Below are positions 12,416 to 25,400 of a stretch of DNA of 64,000 bases, one piece after another. Each line of letters begins with the position of its first letter. Position 1 is the stretch's first letter. The position numbers were made by a program, and so were the translations under genes. Origin of the DNA: Octopus sinensis (lineage: Eukaryota); NCBI RefSeq assembly GCF_006345805.1, contig NC_043009.1, forward strand, positions 11,470,001 to 11,534,000, written 5' to 3'. The notes under the pieces are model-generated. The model searched no databases and had not been told where the DNA came from. It worked only from the letters and a program-made list of their open reading frames with translations.

Positions 12416-13723
12416 ATGTTCGTCCCTCGCGTACGGCTTCATTATAATGATACTGACCATCCTGTATTCAGTTCTAGACGCAGAAGGCCGAAACGAAAAG
12501 TACGTCGACCATTTAAAATTGCAGATTTTATAAACATTCCTTGCCTTTTGCCAACATTGATCGGTACACTTATTGGCTCCTTGATATCAGTCGGTGGAAT
12601 AGCGATGAGTATTCTTGGATACTATCCAGAGAAACCACCCGAACCACCGCGAAATATCCACCTAAAAGTCTTAGCTTATATCGGACCTCCAATTATGGCT
12701 ATGGGGGCTTTTATGGTAATAGTTTCCTGTGTTATGTATTGTGAATTTAGGGACAAATATTTAAGGGTTGAAGACGAAATACGAATTCGTAGTTTAAAGA
12801 AAGAAGCTATTTATGAGTTGGTGGTAGAGAGTTTTAGAAAAAATTATTTTCGTGGTATACAACTACCTTTCCAACAAATGACCGTAAAAAGTATTAATTC
12901 AAATGAACTGACAAGCAGTTCTGATTCAAATGTGTGCACAAATTTAAGAGAAAGTGGTGGCGTAAAAGAAACAGCCTATAAAATTACTTTCCCGGCGTCA
13001 TCTCGCCGCAGTTCGATGGTAACGCATCCTATTAAAAGATCAGAAATAGCCAATAAAGCTTATTCAATGCCAAACATCAAACCGTTTCATAATGCGCTGT
13101 CCTCAGCTTTCATATCACACGTTTCTTATACGAGACGAAAATCCAATAATGTTGCCTTTGATGACTACAGGTTGACGCGAGGCAGTGATGCTATGCGAAG
13201 GTCGTCGGTAGTATCGAGTAGTGTGTGTAGCGTGTCGACTGGCATCATAAACCCCGCTTATGAACAAGACGATGAATTGCGAGTCGAGGAAACGGCCGAG
13301 GAAGTTGCCAGCAACACGCAATACCTTTGCGTTCATCAGAACAGACCAATGAGCGAAGGGGATTCGAGTGATAGCCTTCCTGTTGTTATTGTCCACATGG
13401 CTTCAGTACATCAAGTGGACGCACCGGATAGTCGTCGCCCGTCAGTTAACACCGTATGTTCCGGTTGTTCGAACTCACCTCAACCGCACAGTAGTCACAG
13501 TGGCGTTCATGACACTAATTCAAATATTAGTGAAACTAATTCTGATATCGCTAGTGATGTTTCGAAACCGAGTGAACACTCGCATTGTATATCTCACGTG
13601 TCTATAGATAGTAACAGCCTTAGATCTATGTTGACGTCATCGCACTTAGATGACTCCAACGAAGAAAAAACTGAAAAAACCGACTTGCAAAATATTGAAA
13701 TGAAAGAAGTCTCTCACACATGA
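12416..13723 (+). CDS. TMEM200: TMEM200 (DUF2371) family two-pass membrane protein, 435 aa, single coding exon
   Basis: Only long non-repetitive ORF. Basic N-terminal patch (RRRRPKRKVRR), TM1 ending GGIAMSILGYYP (cf. TMEM200A GIAMAVLGYWP), TM2 IGPPIMAMGAFMVIVSCVMYCEFRDK (cf. [26 protein letters not shown]), IYELVVE (cf. IYSTVID), then a long Ser-rich tail. In-frame TGA at 12407-12409 fixes the start; A at -3. Alignment is from memory of the family, not a search. Confidence 0.85.
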   Translation: MFVPRVRLHYNDTDHPVFSSRRRRPKRKVRRPFKIADFINIPCLLPTLIGTLIGSLISVGGIAMSILGYYPEKPPEPPRNIHLKVLAYIGPPIMAMGAFMVIVSCVMYCEFRDKYLRVEDEIRIRSLKKEAIYELVVESFRKNYFRGIQLPFQQMTVKSINSNELTSSSDSNVCTNLRESGGVKETAYKITFPASSRRSSMVTHPIKRSEIANKAYSMPNIKPFHNALSSAFISHVSYTRRKSNNVAFDDYRLTRGSDAMRRSSVVSSSVCSVSTGIINPAYEQDDELRVEETAEEVASNTQYLCVHQNRPMSEGDSSDSLPVVIVHMASVHQVDAPDSRRPSVNTVCSGCSNSPQPHSSHSGVHDTNSNISETNSDIASDVSKPSEHSHCISHVSIDSNSLRSMLTSSHLDDSNEEKTEKTDLQNIEMKEVSHT

Positions 13724-14416
13724 CTGAGCTCAACACTACAGAGGAATCGAGTTTAAATATACATAAACATACATTTACCTATATCATATATATTTATATA
13801 TATATATATATATATATAATGTGCTTGAGTGTTCGGAGGGGATGTTCGTGTTGCACAACACGTAAACAAAAGATTCGACAAAGGAAAAAAGTTGGAATAA
13901 TACAAGAAAAAAAAAAAAGTTGAACGAAAGTGAGAACAAAACCTCGGAAGCCGAGAAACAAAAATCCACGAGAAAGTATAAAAAATATAAACAAATAAAA
14001 CAGAAAATAAAAATCAATGAAGATGTTTGGTGGGTTAGCGATTGAAAAGATGTTTAGTTTAAATGCTGGCATTGTCTTCCTCGCAGACAGAAATTTTCGA
14101 ATTCATTTCAAAGATTAAAAGACGGTTTCACTGTATATATTTATATGTATATAGTTATTTGTAAATCTCTGATTAAATGTATATGTATGTATATTTCTGT
14201 GCGTGCGTGCATGCGTGCGTGTACTTCTCTGTGTCTTTTTACGTGTGTATGAATATACGTATGTATATAAGTGTATTCTGAGTTCTTTTTAACAGTATAC
14301 GGAAATAGAAAAATTGAAATTGCAAAAAATGACAAGAGAAATTGAATCATTCAAAAATAAATCTAGAAATGAACCTAAAATTAAATCAAAATATTTAACA
14401 AAAATAAGTAGTACTT

Positions 14417-14515
14417 GTAGTAGTAGTAGTAATAGTAGTAGTAGAAATAATAATAATAATGATGATGGTGATAATAATAATAATAATAATAATAATGATA
14501 ATTATAATTATAATT

Positions 14516-14568
<53 letters not shown>

Positions 14569-14572
14569 GATG
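14417..14572. repeat. (AGT)n/(AAT)n/(GAT)n trinucleotide microsatellite
   Basis: Direct reading; explains the poly-S/poly-N ORF at 14314-14622. Confidence 0.95.
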
Positions 14573-14633
14573 AATATTTTTGCTCGTTAAGAGCTACATT
14601 TTTCTTCGGATTATATATATAAGTGTACATATG

Positions 14634-14678
<45 letters not shown>

Positions 14679-14757
14679 GGTATATAGAGATTAAATGTGT
14701 ATGAATTTATGAATTTATTTATACATAACACACACACACACACACATACATACATAC

Positions 14758-14793
<36 letters not shown>

Positions 14794-14998
14794 GTATGTA
14801 TATGCATGACCGCCTCGGGTATCTACGAAATATAATGAATCTACTTAATGAATTACAAAAAAGCAGTGATCGCTGAACCCCAATGAATATACTCCATAGT
14901 AACCACACATATATATGTCAATATGTATGTATGTATGTATTTATGTATGTATGTATGTATCTATATTATTATATGTATGTAATATATAATATATATAT

Positions 14999-15067
<69 letters not shown>

Positions 15068-15378
15068 TTATATATCTATATATATATACAGACAAAAAAA
15101 TTGATTTTCGAACGCATAAAAATGCTAATATAATAGCATGAAAATGATAACATCCATATTTTGCAGAAAAATCTGCCAGCGCCTAGCCATGTGACACGAG
15201 CTTACATCTCTGAGATTACACGTAGTCTCATGACAGACCACTGATTTTTCTGCGAAGTATGGATAATTCATCTTGTTCACGCTATTATATTAGCACTATT
15301 CTGTGTTTAAGAATAAATTATTTTCCTTATCTGTATCTTTCAATACATCTTAACGCTTCAAAAGCAAAGCTGAATATG

Positions 15379-15473
<95 letters not shown>

Positions 15474-15498
15474 CTATATATATATATATATATATGTA

Positions 15499-15545
<47 letters not shown>

Positions 15546-15581
15546 GTCTATATAATATATATATAGAATATATTATATATG

Positions 15582-15648
<67 letters not shown>

Positions 15649-15875
15649 ATATATATAACTTTTTACTATGCAATATATCCATGGGTTTTGACATGTCATT
15701 GTTTTTGTAACGTCATTAATTAAACTCATTTATTAGTTATATGAGACGGTTATAAACGTTGCTCCATAGTAAAGCCTTGAATGAAAATAGGCATCGCTGT
15801 CACGTCAGTAATTTATATACACACACACATATATATATTATGCCACACATGTCATATATGTATGTATATATACAT

Positions 15876-15924
<49 letters not shown>

Positions 15925-16009
15925 TATATATATATACATATATATGTATATATATACATATATATATATGTTATATATATATATGTTGCGTGTGTGTGTG
16001 TGTGTACAA

Positions 16010-16275
16010 CTCGACTCCGTCGGTCACGGGGTGCAAGTCTCACCGGAGAACGCACAGCCAAGTCGCCCATGCATACCAGCCTCTCCGCTCCACGCCACTG
16101 ATGTTATCCAGGGGAAAGGCAAGACGTCGAAATTTATTTCTACAGGTGATTGAACTGGAGCAACGTGAAATAGTGTCTTCCTCAAGAACACAACACGCAG
16201 CCCAGTCAGAGAATCGAACTTAGAACCTAACAATCGTAAGTTAGACGCTCTAGCCAGTGGGCCATGCGATTTCGC
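16010..16275 (-). mobile_element. SINE type D (tRNA head plus gtgttcttgaggaagacact...cacgttgctccag central domain)
   Basis: Reverse complement: gcatggcccactggctagagcg ... aagttcgattctc (B-box) ... gttgtgttcttgaggaagacactatttcacgttgctccag; same head as 29496 and 26665. Confidence 0.75.
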
Positions 16276-16315
16276 ATATATACATATATATGTATGTAAT
16301 ATGTATATATGTATC

Positions 16316-16351
<36 letters not shown>

Positions 16352-16581
16352 ATATATAGTAATTATACATCTATATATACATATATGTATATATATATGT
16401 TGTGGTGTGTGTGTGTATGTGTATATATATAGGTAATATTAGTTATTGGTGACAATATAAATGATAACTTAATTTATTATGACGATGATGTTTACGACAA
16501 TATCAGACTATCAGAGATGCTCGGTCTGTTCTTTCTATGCAACTTTCAACAACGTATATAATTCGAAGCTAAACGATAAAA

Positions 16582-16681
16582 NNNNNNNNNNNNNNNNNNN
16601 NNNNNNNNNNNNNNNNNNNNNNNNNNNNNNNNNNNNNNNNNNNNNNNNNNNNNNNNNNNNNNNNNNNNNNNNNNNNNNNNN
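16582..16681. other. Assembly gap (100 N)
   Basis: Run of n; contiguity across it is not established. Confidence 1.
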
Positions 16682-16736
16682 TATATAAACACACACGTAT
16701 ATATACACACATATATAATAATACATATATATATAT

Positions 16737-16767
<31 letters not shown>

Positions 16768-18059
16768 ATATATATATTATTATATAATATAAAGAAAGAA
16801 TGTATGTATCTATATATGTATGTATATGAGGATTTTGCAGATGTTTGAATATATTGTACGTGTGATTGCGTGTGCTTGTACTGATATGCCCAAATATTTA
16901 TATTAAGAAACTTACAGTAATGATTTGAAAATCATGTTTTCTTTTAAATAAATAATAAAACAGAAAAATGAATGCATTTCACTTTATGTTCGAGTTGTTT
17001 CCATAGAAATCTGCAATATTCTTCACTGAAGGATTTTCACGGAACAGCAAACAAATATTTTCAAGTTTACTTCATTATTTTAATCTAGATTTTTTTTATT
17101 AATTTTGTTTTTATTTTATTACTACATTTATCATTTTGTTGATTTTATTTATCGGTTAATATGTGCATTTCTCTCTACTGTTATCTGAGTATGTTTCAGT
17201 CTTTTTTGTGCGTTCCAGTGTTTGTGTATATGTGTGTGTGAGCGTGTGTGTGAGGGTGTGTGTTTGTGTGTCTTTACGTGTATGTATTTGTTGTGTGTAA
17301 TAATAAATATGTGAATTTAGTATTAGTTTTCAAACTTTTCTAATTTTTTATATTATACTTTCTTATTGTATATTATACAACGCCTGTAAAACTTGTTCAA
17401 AATGTCCTGTTTATGATTCCACTATGCTTCTCTCATATCCAAATATTTTCATCAATATTTGTTATTACAATGAAATTCGAAAACGATGAGAATGAGTAAA
17501 GAGTAATTGAAACGTCCAACAGCAAAATATAATGGCAAATAAATAAAATATGGATATCTCACATTGGCCAAAGAACACAAATTTCAAAGGTAAAGTATAG
17601 TAGAATATATCGGACCCTAATACATTTTTCATTTATTTTATTTTTTAAAATGACCAATAGAAGACAATGTCAGAGCAGACTTCATTTAAATCGGAATCTA
17701 AAGAAATGTAATTATTAATCAAAAAATATTTGCATCGGCATTGTATTGTCAATGCCATTTCTACTACTTTTCTCATATGAAACAAATTATTAATCATTAT
17801 TTATACATATTAAATAATAAAATAAAAAAGTAAATGTGTATGTTGGAGAAGTGTTCAAAATCAAAAGTAGAGTTTACTCTTTATTATATTCAAACCTCCT
17901 TATTTATGTCTGCAAGTCTGTGTATGCATCTGTATATATATATATTTATATATATAATATAATATAATATAATATTATATTATATGTGTATATATATATA
18001 TATAAATTATATATATAATATATATATATGTATTTATATATATAATATAATATAATATA

Positions 18060-18126
<67 letters not shown>

Positions 18127-18267
18127 ATATTATATATATGTATGTATGTGTGTATTATGTACATCTAAGTGTTTAGTTCCTGTGTGAGCAGACAATTTCT
18201 ATATTTTTTCTATGAAGATATATATATATGTGTGTGTATGTATGTATATATACATATATTGTATATG

Positions 18268-18320
<53 letters not shown>

Positions 18321-18839
18321 ATATATATAATATATATGTAGACAGATAGAGAGAGAGAAGAAGAGAGAGATGGACACTGTCAATGAGGAATAGAGATTGT
18401 TGGTGATGAGAATTGAATTCCTTTTTGTATAATGAAGAGACACTTTGTCTCTCTTCATTTGTTTATCTTCCACAAAATTTGAAGAAGATCGCTATGGAAA
18501 TACTGTTCTCGTGTATAAGACATCATTGTGGTTGATAAACATAAAAACACGGCTCCGTCCCAAGCAGTTAGATTAGCTGGCAATGATTGTGTCACCAACA
18601 CATTACTAACAATAGCACAGAGGACAGAAGTTTCATTTGTCTCTTCTATTTCTGTATATTTACGACGCCTTTCATCCCATCTATCTTACTTCGTTCCCTC
18701 CTGCACATTATGACCCTAACGAACCCCCTCTCACACATTGACTTTAGCAGTGGTGATTTATATATATCTCTACATACACACATACATACATACATACACA
18801 CATACATACGTACGTACGTACGTACTTACATCTATACAT

Positions 18840-19535
18840 ACTAGCAGGCGTACCCGGTAGTTCCCGGGAAATCGGAGCTAATCCATTGGTTCCGTTTTCA
18901 TAATCCAAACACAACAATACAAAGTATGTTGCCCTTAAAAGAGTTTTGTGCATTTACAGAGAATACCGAACTGTCTTGCACAGGATCTTACTTTCAGGAA
19001 TTTCCAATAAGTTATGAATACCTAATTTGTGAAGTCAGTTATGTAATAACATGAAATTTGTTACCCGATAGTAAGAATTCAAATAAAGTAGCCACGAAAA
19101 GAGCTTTAATGCGTCCCTACAGTATATAGAACATAGGAGGACATACTAATAAGCTATATATACCAAAATCGTTAAACATGTTACGTAATAACAGGCTAAT
19201 CGGATATAAGATAATAAAAATACAAAGCAAATAACTCTGAAAAGGGTTTTTGTGCGTTCCCAGAGAATATTACTCTCAGGGGCGCTAGTGTTGGTATATT
19301 CTTCAATAAGTCACTAACCGAAATAAGTGGATCTATTGTTTAGAAAAATACTATTTACTTGTTTAAGGACTGTACAGGATAAATTGAGAAAATAACTCTA
19401 AGAAATAAGCATACTCAATTTCATTTTTACCAAATAATTTAGGAAAATGAACGGGTTATTTCCCTTGGCTATATATAAGGATCCCTTCCAGGGGTGAATG
19501 GGTTATTTCCCTTGGTTTTTAAAATAAGATATATT
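18840..19535 (+). mobile_element. Putative non-autonomous Helitron-like element (Lep1-like termini)
   Basis: Begins actagcaggcgtacccggtagttcccggga (ACTAG plus short GC hairpin), has an internal tataccaaaatcgtt motif, ends ...atatattagat; no TIR or TSD seen. Confidence 0.45.
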
Positions 19536-19599
19536 AGATATATATATATAAGGATCCTTCCAGTGGCCCTATTATTAGCGTATGGGGCACTGTTTTTTG

Positions 19600-21310
19600 T
19601 TATATTGTCTAAAATTTTCCTTTAGTCTCCGCAATGCTCCTAGATGTCTCTCCTATGTATGTCGTGTTCATGTCTTTACAAGTACCTCCTATGCATCTTA
19701 TGCTATAGACTAAATTTCTAGTTCTACAGTTAATGCCAGGGCTAATCCTACATACAATGCAGTTACCATGCATTGTTATTCTCAAATTGCTACGTCCTAC
19801 ATAGTTGTGATCTGATGGAGCTCCCCAGCTTTTCAACGTTCTGAATGTTGAGTTCGGCGTCCTTCAGAGCTTTCCTAAATCTTCTGGCTAGTTCTCCATC
19901 GCTCCTTGATGTTTGTCGGTCTTGTGCTTTGTCACAAACTCTTTGTATTCGATTCCAGTTTTTATTTCTATATCTAGGGAAAATACCACTGATTTCATTA
20001 CGTATTATGTTATCTAACTTCTTTTTAGCACTCCTGTATAACCGAACCGTATCTTTCTGATCATGTCCAAAGAATTACATGTGCTGCATGTACATGTTTC
20101 TTTGGTTCATAGGGTTTGCATAGCCTACTATTAGTATGTTAATTTTTGTGAGGTGTGACAAAGCTGAATTCTTGGGAACAACATATTTTGAAGTTATTTT
20201 CATGTAATAGGAGTGGAGGAGCTACACTCTGTTGTTCATAGTCTCTAACCAAAGTACAGTATCAATTTTAGCCATTCCAGTGCTTTTCTTCACTGCTGAG
20301 GTGATGCTGGGAGGTCTTCCTCTCTGTGACATGGTGGGGCAGAATCTATTAAGGTTATAGTTGTCTAGATAGTTTCTGTCATAGCTTAGTTTAAAGAGGT
20401 GGCCTAGATTCACTTGTGTTGACTTCACGGAACTCTACTTCACACTCACAGATAATCTCAATGCATTCCCCCACAGCAAAATCTATGTCCATAGATGGGT
20501 AGAGTGAAATTACATCCATGCTACCCACTACACAACCTGTGAGGTTGTTGGAGTGGTCGCAAATACTGATTCTACTGAGGAGATCCTCTGTGCTCACACA
20601 GACATCTGGGGATATTTCAATGAGGGATCATGATACCTGTGAGAGGAAGTAGGATAGTCTATAATTGCTGGAGATATTCGCTCCGCAAACTGGTCGGGTT
20701 GGGGACCCTATAACTGGGTTAGTGTAGGTTCATGGTCTTTACGTAACCTGTATAGTGTAGGAACATCATTGTTGAATGCTGGGAAATTGTGTGCAATCCA
20801 TTTCCTGGGTTGGAGTATGTTGCACCACATTCCCATATGTGCACTGAGGAGTTTTTCCACTCTTTCCTGCTCTTTTGGTGCAACTTCTCTCGTTCTACTG
20901 ATGTGTTGTTGCATGGTCTGGACATAGTTCTGTAGGTTCTCTCTATTGACAGCCTGTCAGACTTGTCCGTAGGGAGGGGCACTAATTCCCTTTTCCTAAT
21001 TCGTTGTTTCAGTTTCTTTAGACCTTTGGCAAAAGACGAACTGAGTTGGTGGGTCTTCTCCTCATTATGTTTTTTAGTGGTTTTGTTGTACCGTTCTAAG
21101 ATGTGTCGGAGTTTCTAGCTAAGGAGATCTTTGCTTCTGTTTCACTGTCAATCTGGGGTAGGATACATACCCTTTTGCTGATAGGTAAGTCTGTGGGGTA
21201 GATCCTTGTCATGTCATAAGATTTGTTGTTGGGGTTATAGAAGAGAGAGAGTGTAGGGTGTTATCCTCGTTGTGGTTGTTATTTTTGTTGTTACAGTACC
21301 TAGCAATATT
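19600..21310 (-). mobile_element. Decayed Penelope-like retroelement (RT + GIY-YIG), Neptune-like Cys-rich linker
   Basis: Ordered minus-strand fragments: PTDKSDRLSI; VPTLYRLRKDH..PTRPVCGA; VVGSMDVISLYPSM (RT motif with first catalytic Asp); CIVC...NCRTRNLVYSIRC..C...YIGETSRSIAE (GIY-YIG). Multiple frameshifts and stops. Confidence 0.9.
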
Positions 21311-21520
21311 GTTACTAGAGGTGTTCAACGACTATTAAAAAGGTTGCAAGACACAACGAAAATTTTAGAAAAAATAAATAAGTAAATGAGTGGAAACTAA
21401 ACCGGTGTGTGTGTTAAATAATAAGGCACTAAAAGAGAATGACTCTCTCCAGACACAAAAATACACACACACACACACACACACACATACCCACACAAAT
21501 ATATATATAGGTGTGTGTGT

Positions 21521-21790
21521 AGGCGCAATGGCCCAGTGGTTATGGCAGCAGACTCGCGGTTGTAGGATCGCGGTTTCGATTCCCAGACCGGGCGTTGTGA
21601 GTGTTTATTGAGTGAAAACACCTAAAGCTCCACGAGGCTCCGGCAGGTGGGGGCTATCCCTGTTGTACTCTTTCGTCACAACTTTCTCTCACTCTTTCTT
21701 CTGTTGGTGGCGTAATTTGAAGGCTAAAATAACGCGAAGCGCATTGTGACCAGCGATGTGTAGCAACATCTGATAGTCTGGTCGGTCACG

Positions 21791-21795
<5 letters not shown>
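21521..21795 (+). mobile_element. SINE type C with tail 2
   Basis: aggcgcaatggcccagtggtta...gcggtttcgattcccagaccggg head; tail gcgaagcgcattgtgaccagcgatgtgtagcaacatctgatag..ggtcggtcacggtgat shared with 53236 and 56323. Confidence 0.85.
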
Positions 21796-21842
<47 letters not shown>

Positions 21843-21954
21843 GCTTAATAATCTGAATGGAGGTGATGCAAGCGGAAACTAGAGGAACTATATATACATA
21901 TATGTATATATTTTATTTTGAGTGTGGTTATTGATTATGTTCCTCTAGCTTCCG

Positions 21955-22059
21955 CTTGCAGTTTCTTTCAGTTTCCGTCCACCAAATCCACTTACAAGGC
22001 TTTGGTCTGCTCGAAGCTATAGTAGAAGACATTTGCCTAAGTGTCACACTGTGGGACTG

Positions 22060-22096
<37 letters not shown>

Positions 22097-22350
22097 GCGT
22101 GTGTGTGTGTGTGCGTGTGTGTATGTGTGTGCGTGTGTGTGTGTTTGTGTTCGTTCCCCACCACTGTTTGACAACCGGCGTTGGTGTGTTTACAACCACG
22201 GAACCTAGCTGTTCGGAAATAGAAATCGATAGTATAAGAACCAGGCTTCATATAGAAAAGTACTGGCATCAATTCATTCGCCTAAAAATTCTTCAAGCTT
22301 GTGCTCCAGCGTGACCACAGTCCGATAATTGAAACAAGCAAAAGACAAGT
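21955..22350. mobile_element. SINE type A with 5' half inverted relative to 3' half
   Basis: 21960-22064 is the 5' half on the minus strand; after (TG)n, 22140-22350 is the 3' half on the plus strand. Confidence 0.7.
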
Positions 22351-23784
22351 GGCTTGATGTTTTAAACGATTCCTCATATTATATCACACATTGTTAAATG
22401 GTTGCATAATGGTTGCTTCAAATTGTGGGGCATTTCTTCTGCGTTTCTTCTGCGGCCCAGAAATCACAGTCCACAAGCTTATTTTCTGTGGTTAACCAGG
22501 TAATGTTCGTATTTCTTCACTTCTGATTTCTAAATCATACCCGACAGCTTTTTGATGTTGGTTAATAACGACTTCAGTGTGAGCAGTCGATTAGGTAAGT
22601 TTAATATTACTTTACTTACGAGTGTTGTGTTAGATCTTTATACAATCTGACATAAGAGAATTACAGAAAACGGAGACAAACACACACAGACCACATACAG
22701 GCACACCACGGACACAAATACATACACAGACACACAAACACGCACACACACACACAGTATGTTTACAACCCCAGTAGTAGGTGAGTAAAATAAACTATAA
22801 AACTGGTGTTAGCGACGGAATAAATATTAATACGATGTGGCAAGATATGTCAAGTCGTTATATTGTTTTCACTTAACGGTTATATTCGGTCAATAGGTTC
22901 TTTGAGTAACTGTGTATGATACACACACCGTATAGACGCAGAAGCTTCATTCATACATATACGTACATCTCTCTTTCCCTCTGTTTTCTCTGTCTTTCTG
23001 TCTCTCTGTCTATATATTTGTCTGTGTATCTATCTATCGATCGATCGTTCGAGCTATCTATCTATTGATATAGACACACACACACACATACACACATATA
23101 CTTATCTATCTATATATGCATCTTGTCTTTATGTATATGTATTCATAAAATGATAGTTCTATGCAAATGTATAAGTCAAAAATATTCATATCAGAACTAA
23201 ACACTTACATATGAATACAATTATACATGAAGGCCTTTCTTCCTTTACACAACATCCTTATACTCAGGAAACTATGTAAGTGTGTGTGTGTGAGTGTGTG
23301 TGTGTGTGTGCATGTGTGTGTGTGTCTGTCTGTGTGTGTGTGTGTGTGTGTATGCGTTTTACAAAAATAAAGAGTTAGGCTTCCTCATTTTCCATTACAC
23401 TCCGAAACGGATGTTAAGAGATAGCATTTGTATTACTATAGGGAAATTTCATGTTATAAGTTCAGTGGCTAAAATTACTCACAGTGGGAATACAAGCATA
23501 AGCCTGGAGAATATACTTCGTGCCATCTTTACACGTGTTTCAGTGACAATCACAAACGTTTACGTAATAATAACAACCTTATGCAATTTTTTATGAAATT
23601 CCTCTCGTAGGTAGTTGCAATAAGAAACGAAGAATCAAGTTTAATGACACAAAACATGAATCTTCATTTCTCATAGCAACCTCAGTTGAGTTGTCAGTTC
23701 ATAAAAGACAGCGTAATGTTAATTATTAGAACAAACCTTATACGTACAAATACTTATACAGATATCTTCATTGACGGTGCATCA

Positions 23785-24291
23785 TTATTGTTGTTTTTGT
23801 TGTAATCTACTTCTTTTTTCCAATCTGGACTCACGCCATTAGCCACACAGACTGATCTCTAATTCGAGCCTACTCTAAGCTACTAAGAATGCGTGTGGCA
23901 ACTTGAAGATCCACCCACCACACGAGACAGACTGGCGATTGCATGAGCGCGAAAGTTACGTTGTTATCCTCATTCCCTAAACGGTGGGTTTTAACGGGTG
24001 GAGAGCTGAACCATCGTGGGGTACAGAGGATTTGCAATCTAGACTAGGGTCTGAAAGTTTTACCACACCATAGTGGGTTACACCAGGGTTCCTCTGCATT
24101 GTGGCAGAAGTAGGAGGAAAGAGTGAGAGAAAGTTCTGGTGAAAGAGTACAGCGGGGTTCACCACCACCAACCCGCCGGAGCCTCGTGGCGTTTTTGATC
24201 AATAAACACTCACAATGCCCGGTCTGGGAATCGAAACCGCGTTCTTATGACCGCGAGTCCGCTGCCCTAACCACTGGGTCGTTGCGCCTCC
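23785..24291 (-). mobile_element. SINE type C head with a third, unrelated tail ending in (CAA)n-like sequence
   Basis: 24291-24115 matches the type C head; after ctttctctcactcttt the sequence diverges from tails 1 and 2 and runs ~330 bp to acaacaaaaacaacaat. Tail extent is inferred. Confidence 0.65.
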
Positions 24292-24659
24292 ACCTGTGTT
24301 GTTGTCGCTGTTTTTTGCTGTTTCTCTGGGGTTTTTTTTTGGGGGGGGGGGTTATTGCTGTTGTTTTTGTTGTTGGTGTTGCTTCGCATAAATGGAACAA
24401 ATAATTTTGTTTCCCATTGCAAGCTCTTATCTATTTCAACAATCTCTTTTTGCGTTGTTTTCCTGGTTTCTTCCATTTTTTTGTAGCGGGGGGGTGGGGC
24501 ATTGTGTTTGCATTTGTATATTTGTGTATATGTGCTTGTGTATATGTGCATGCGAATGCACTTGCTTGTGCGATTGTGCGCGTGTGCGTGTCTCTACTGG
24601 TGGATGACCAATTCCCAATTCGTGATGTTGTTTCTTCACTTTCCTCCTCGCTTGCTTAC

Positions 24660-25400
24660 CACGTCTTGTTATTCCCTTTCTCTTTCTCTTTCTTTCTCTT
24701 ACTCCCTCTCTTTCACTGTATCACTTGATGAATTTATCAATCAATTTTCTTTTTCTGTGGCCACCACTCCCACGTCTTTTTTCTTCATGATTTTCGTACT
24801 CTTTGTCTGTATGTCTGTTTCTCTCTCTCTCTCTGCTTCAATATATCTCTACATATATATTTCTCTTTGTGTTTGCTTCTTTCCTTTTCTTCCCCCTCTC
24901 TCTCTCTCACCCCTCTCCCTGTCTCTCTCCTCTATTCCTCTCAATTTGTGTTTGTTTTCCCTTCCTGCTGTATTCTTCTTTTATATCATTCTTTTTCAAT
25001 TCTTTATATATTCTTATATTTTTTTTTGAAATAAGAATATTTTTTTTCTGTGGTTACCACTCCCACATTTTCCTTCATGACTGTCGCACTTCAAGAGATA
25101 ATTTCTCACTGCTCTCTCCCTCTGTCTCTGTCTGTCTCTCACTTTCTCTTACTCACTCTCCTTCTTTAGCATTTTCTCTTTGTCTCTCTATATCTCTACA
25201 TATGTATTTCTCTCTCTTTTTCTTTGAGTTTATTTCTTTCCCATTGTCCTGTCTTCTTTCTCCTCCTCTTTCTCTTTCTCTCTCTGTCTATCTCTCCCTC
25301 TCTTTCTCTCTATCTCTCTCTCTCTCTCCATCTATCTGTCTCTATTCTTCTCAGCTATTTATTTTCCTTTCTGCAGTTTTCTTTCTGTATGTCATTGACT
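24660..25400. repeat. Degenerate (CT)n polypyrimidine low-complexity tract with internal imperfect duplication
   Basis: CT-rich on the plus strand; ttttctgtgg..accactcccac...cttcatga occurs near 24751 and 25045. Confidence 0.8.

Noticed and set aside
22360-22600. Possible Tc1-like transposase 5' remnant on the minus strand
   Set aside because: Too degenerate; no TIR or diagnostic motif confirmed.
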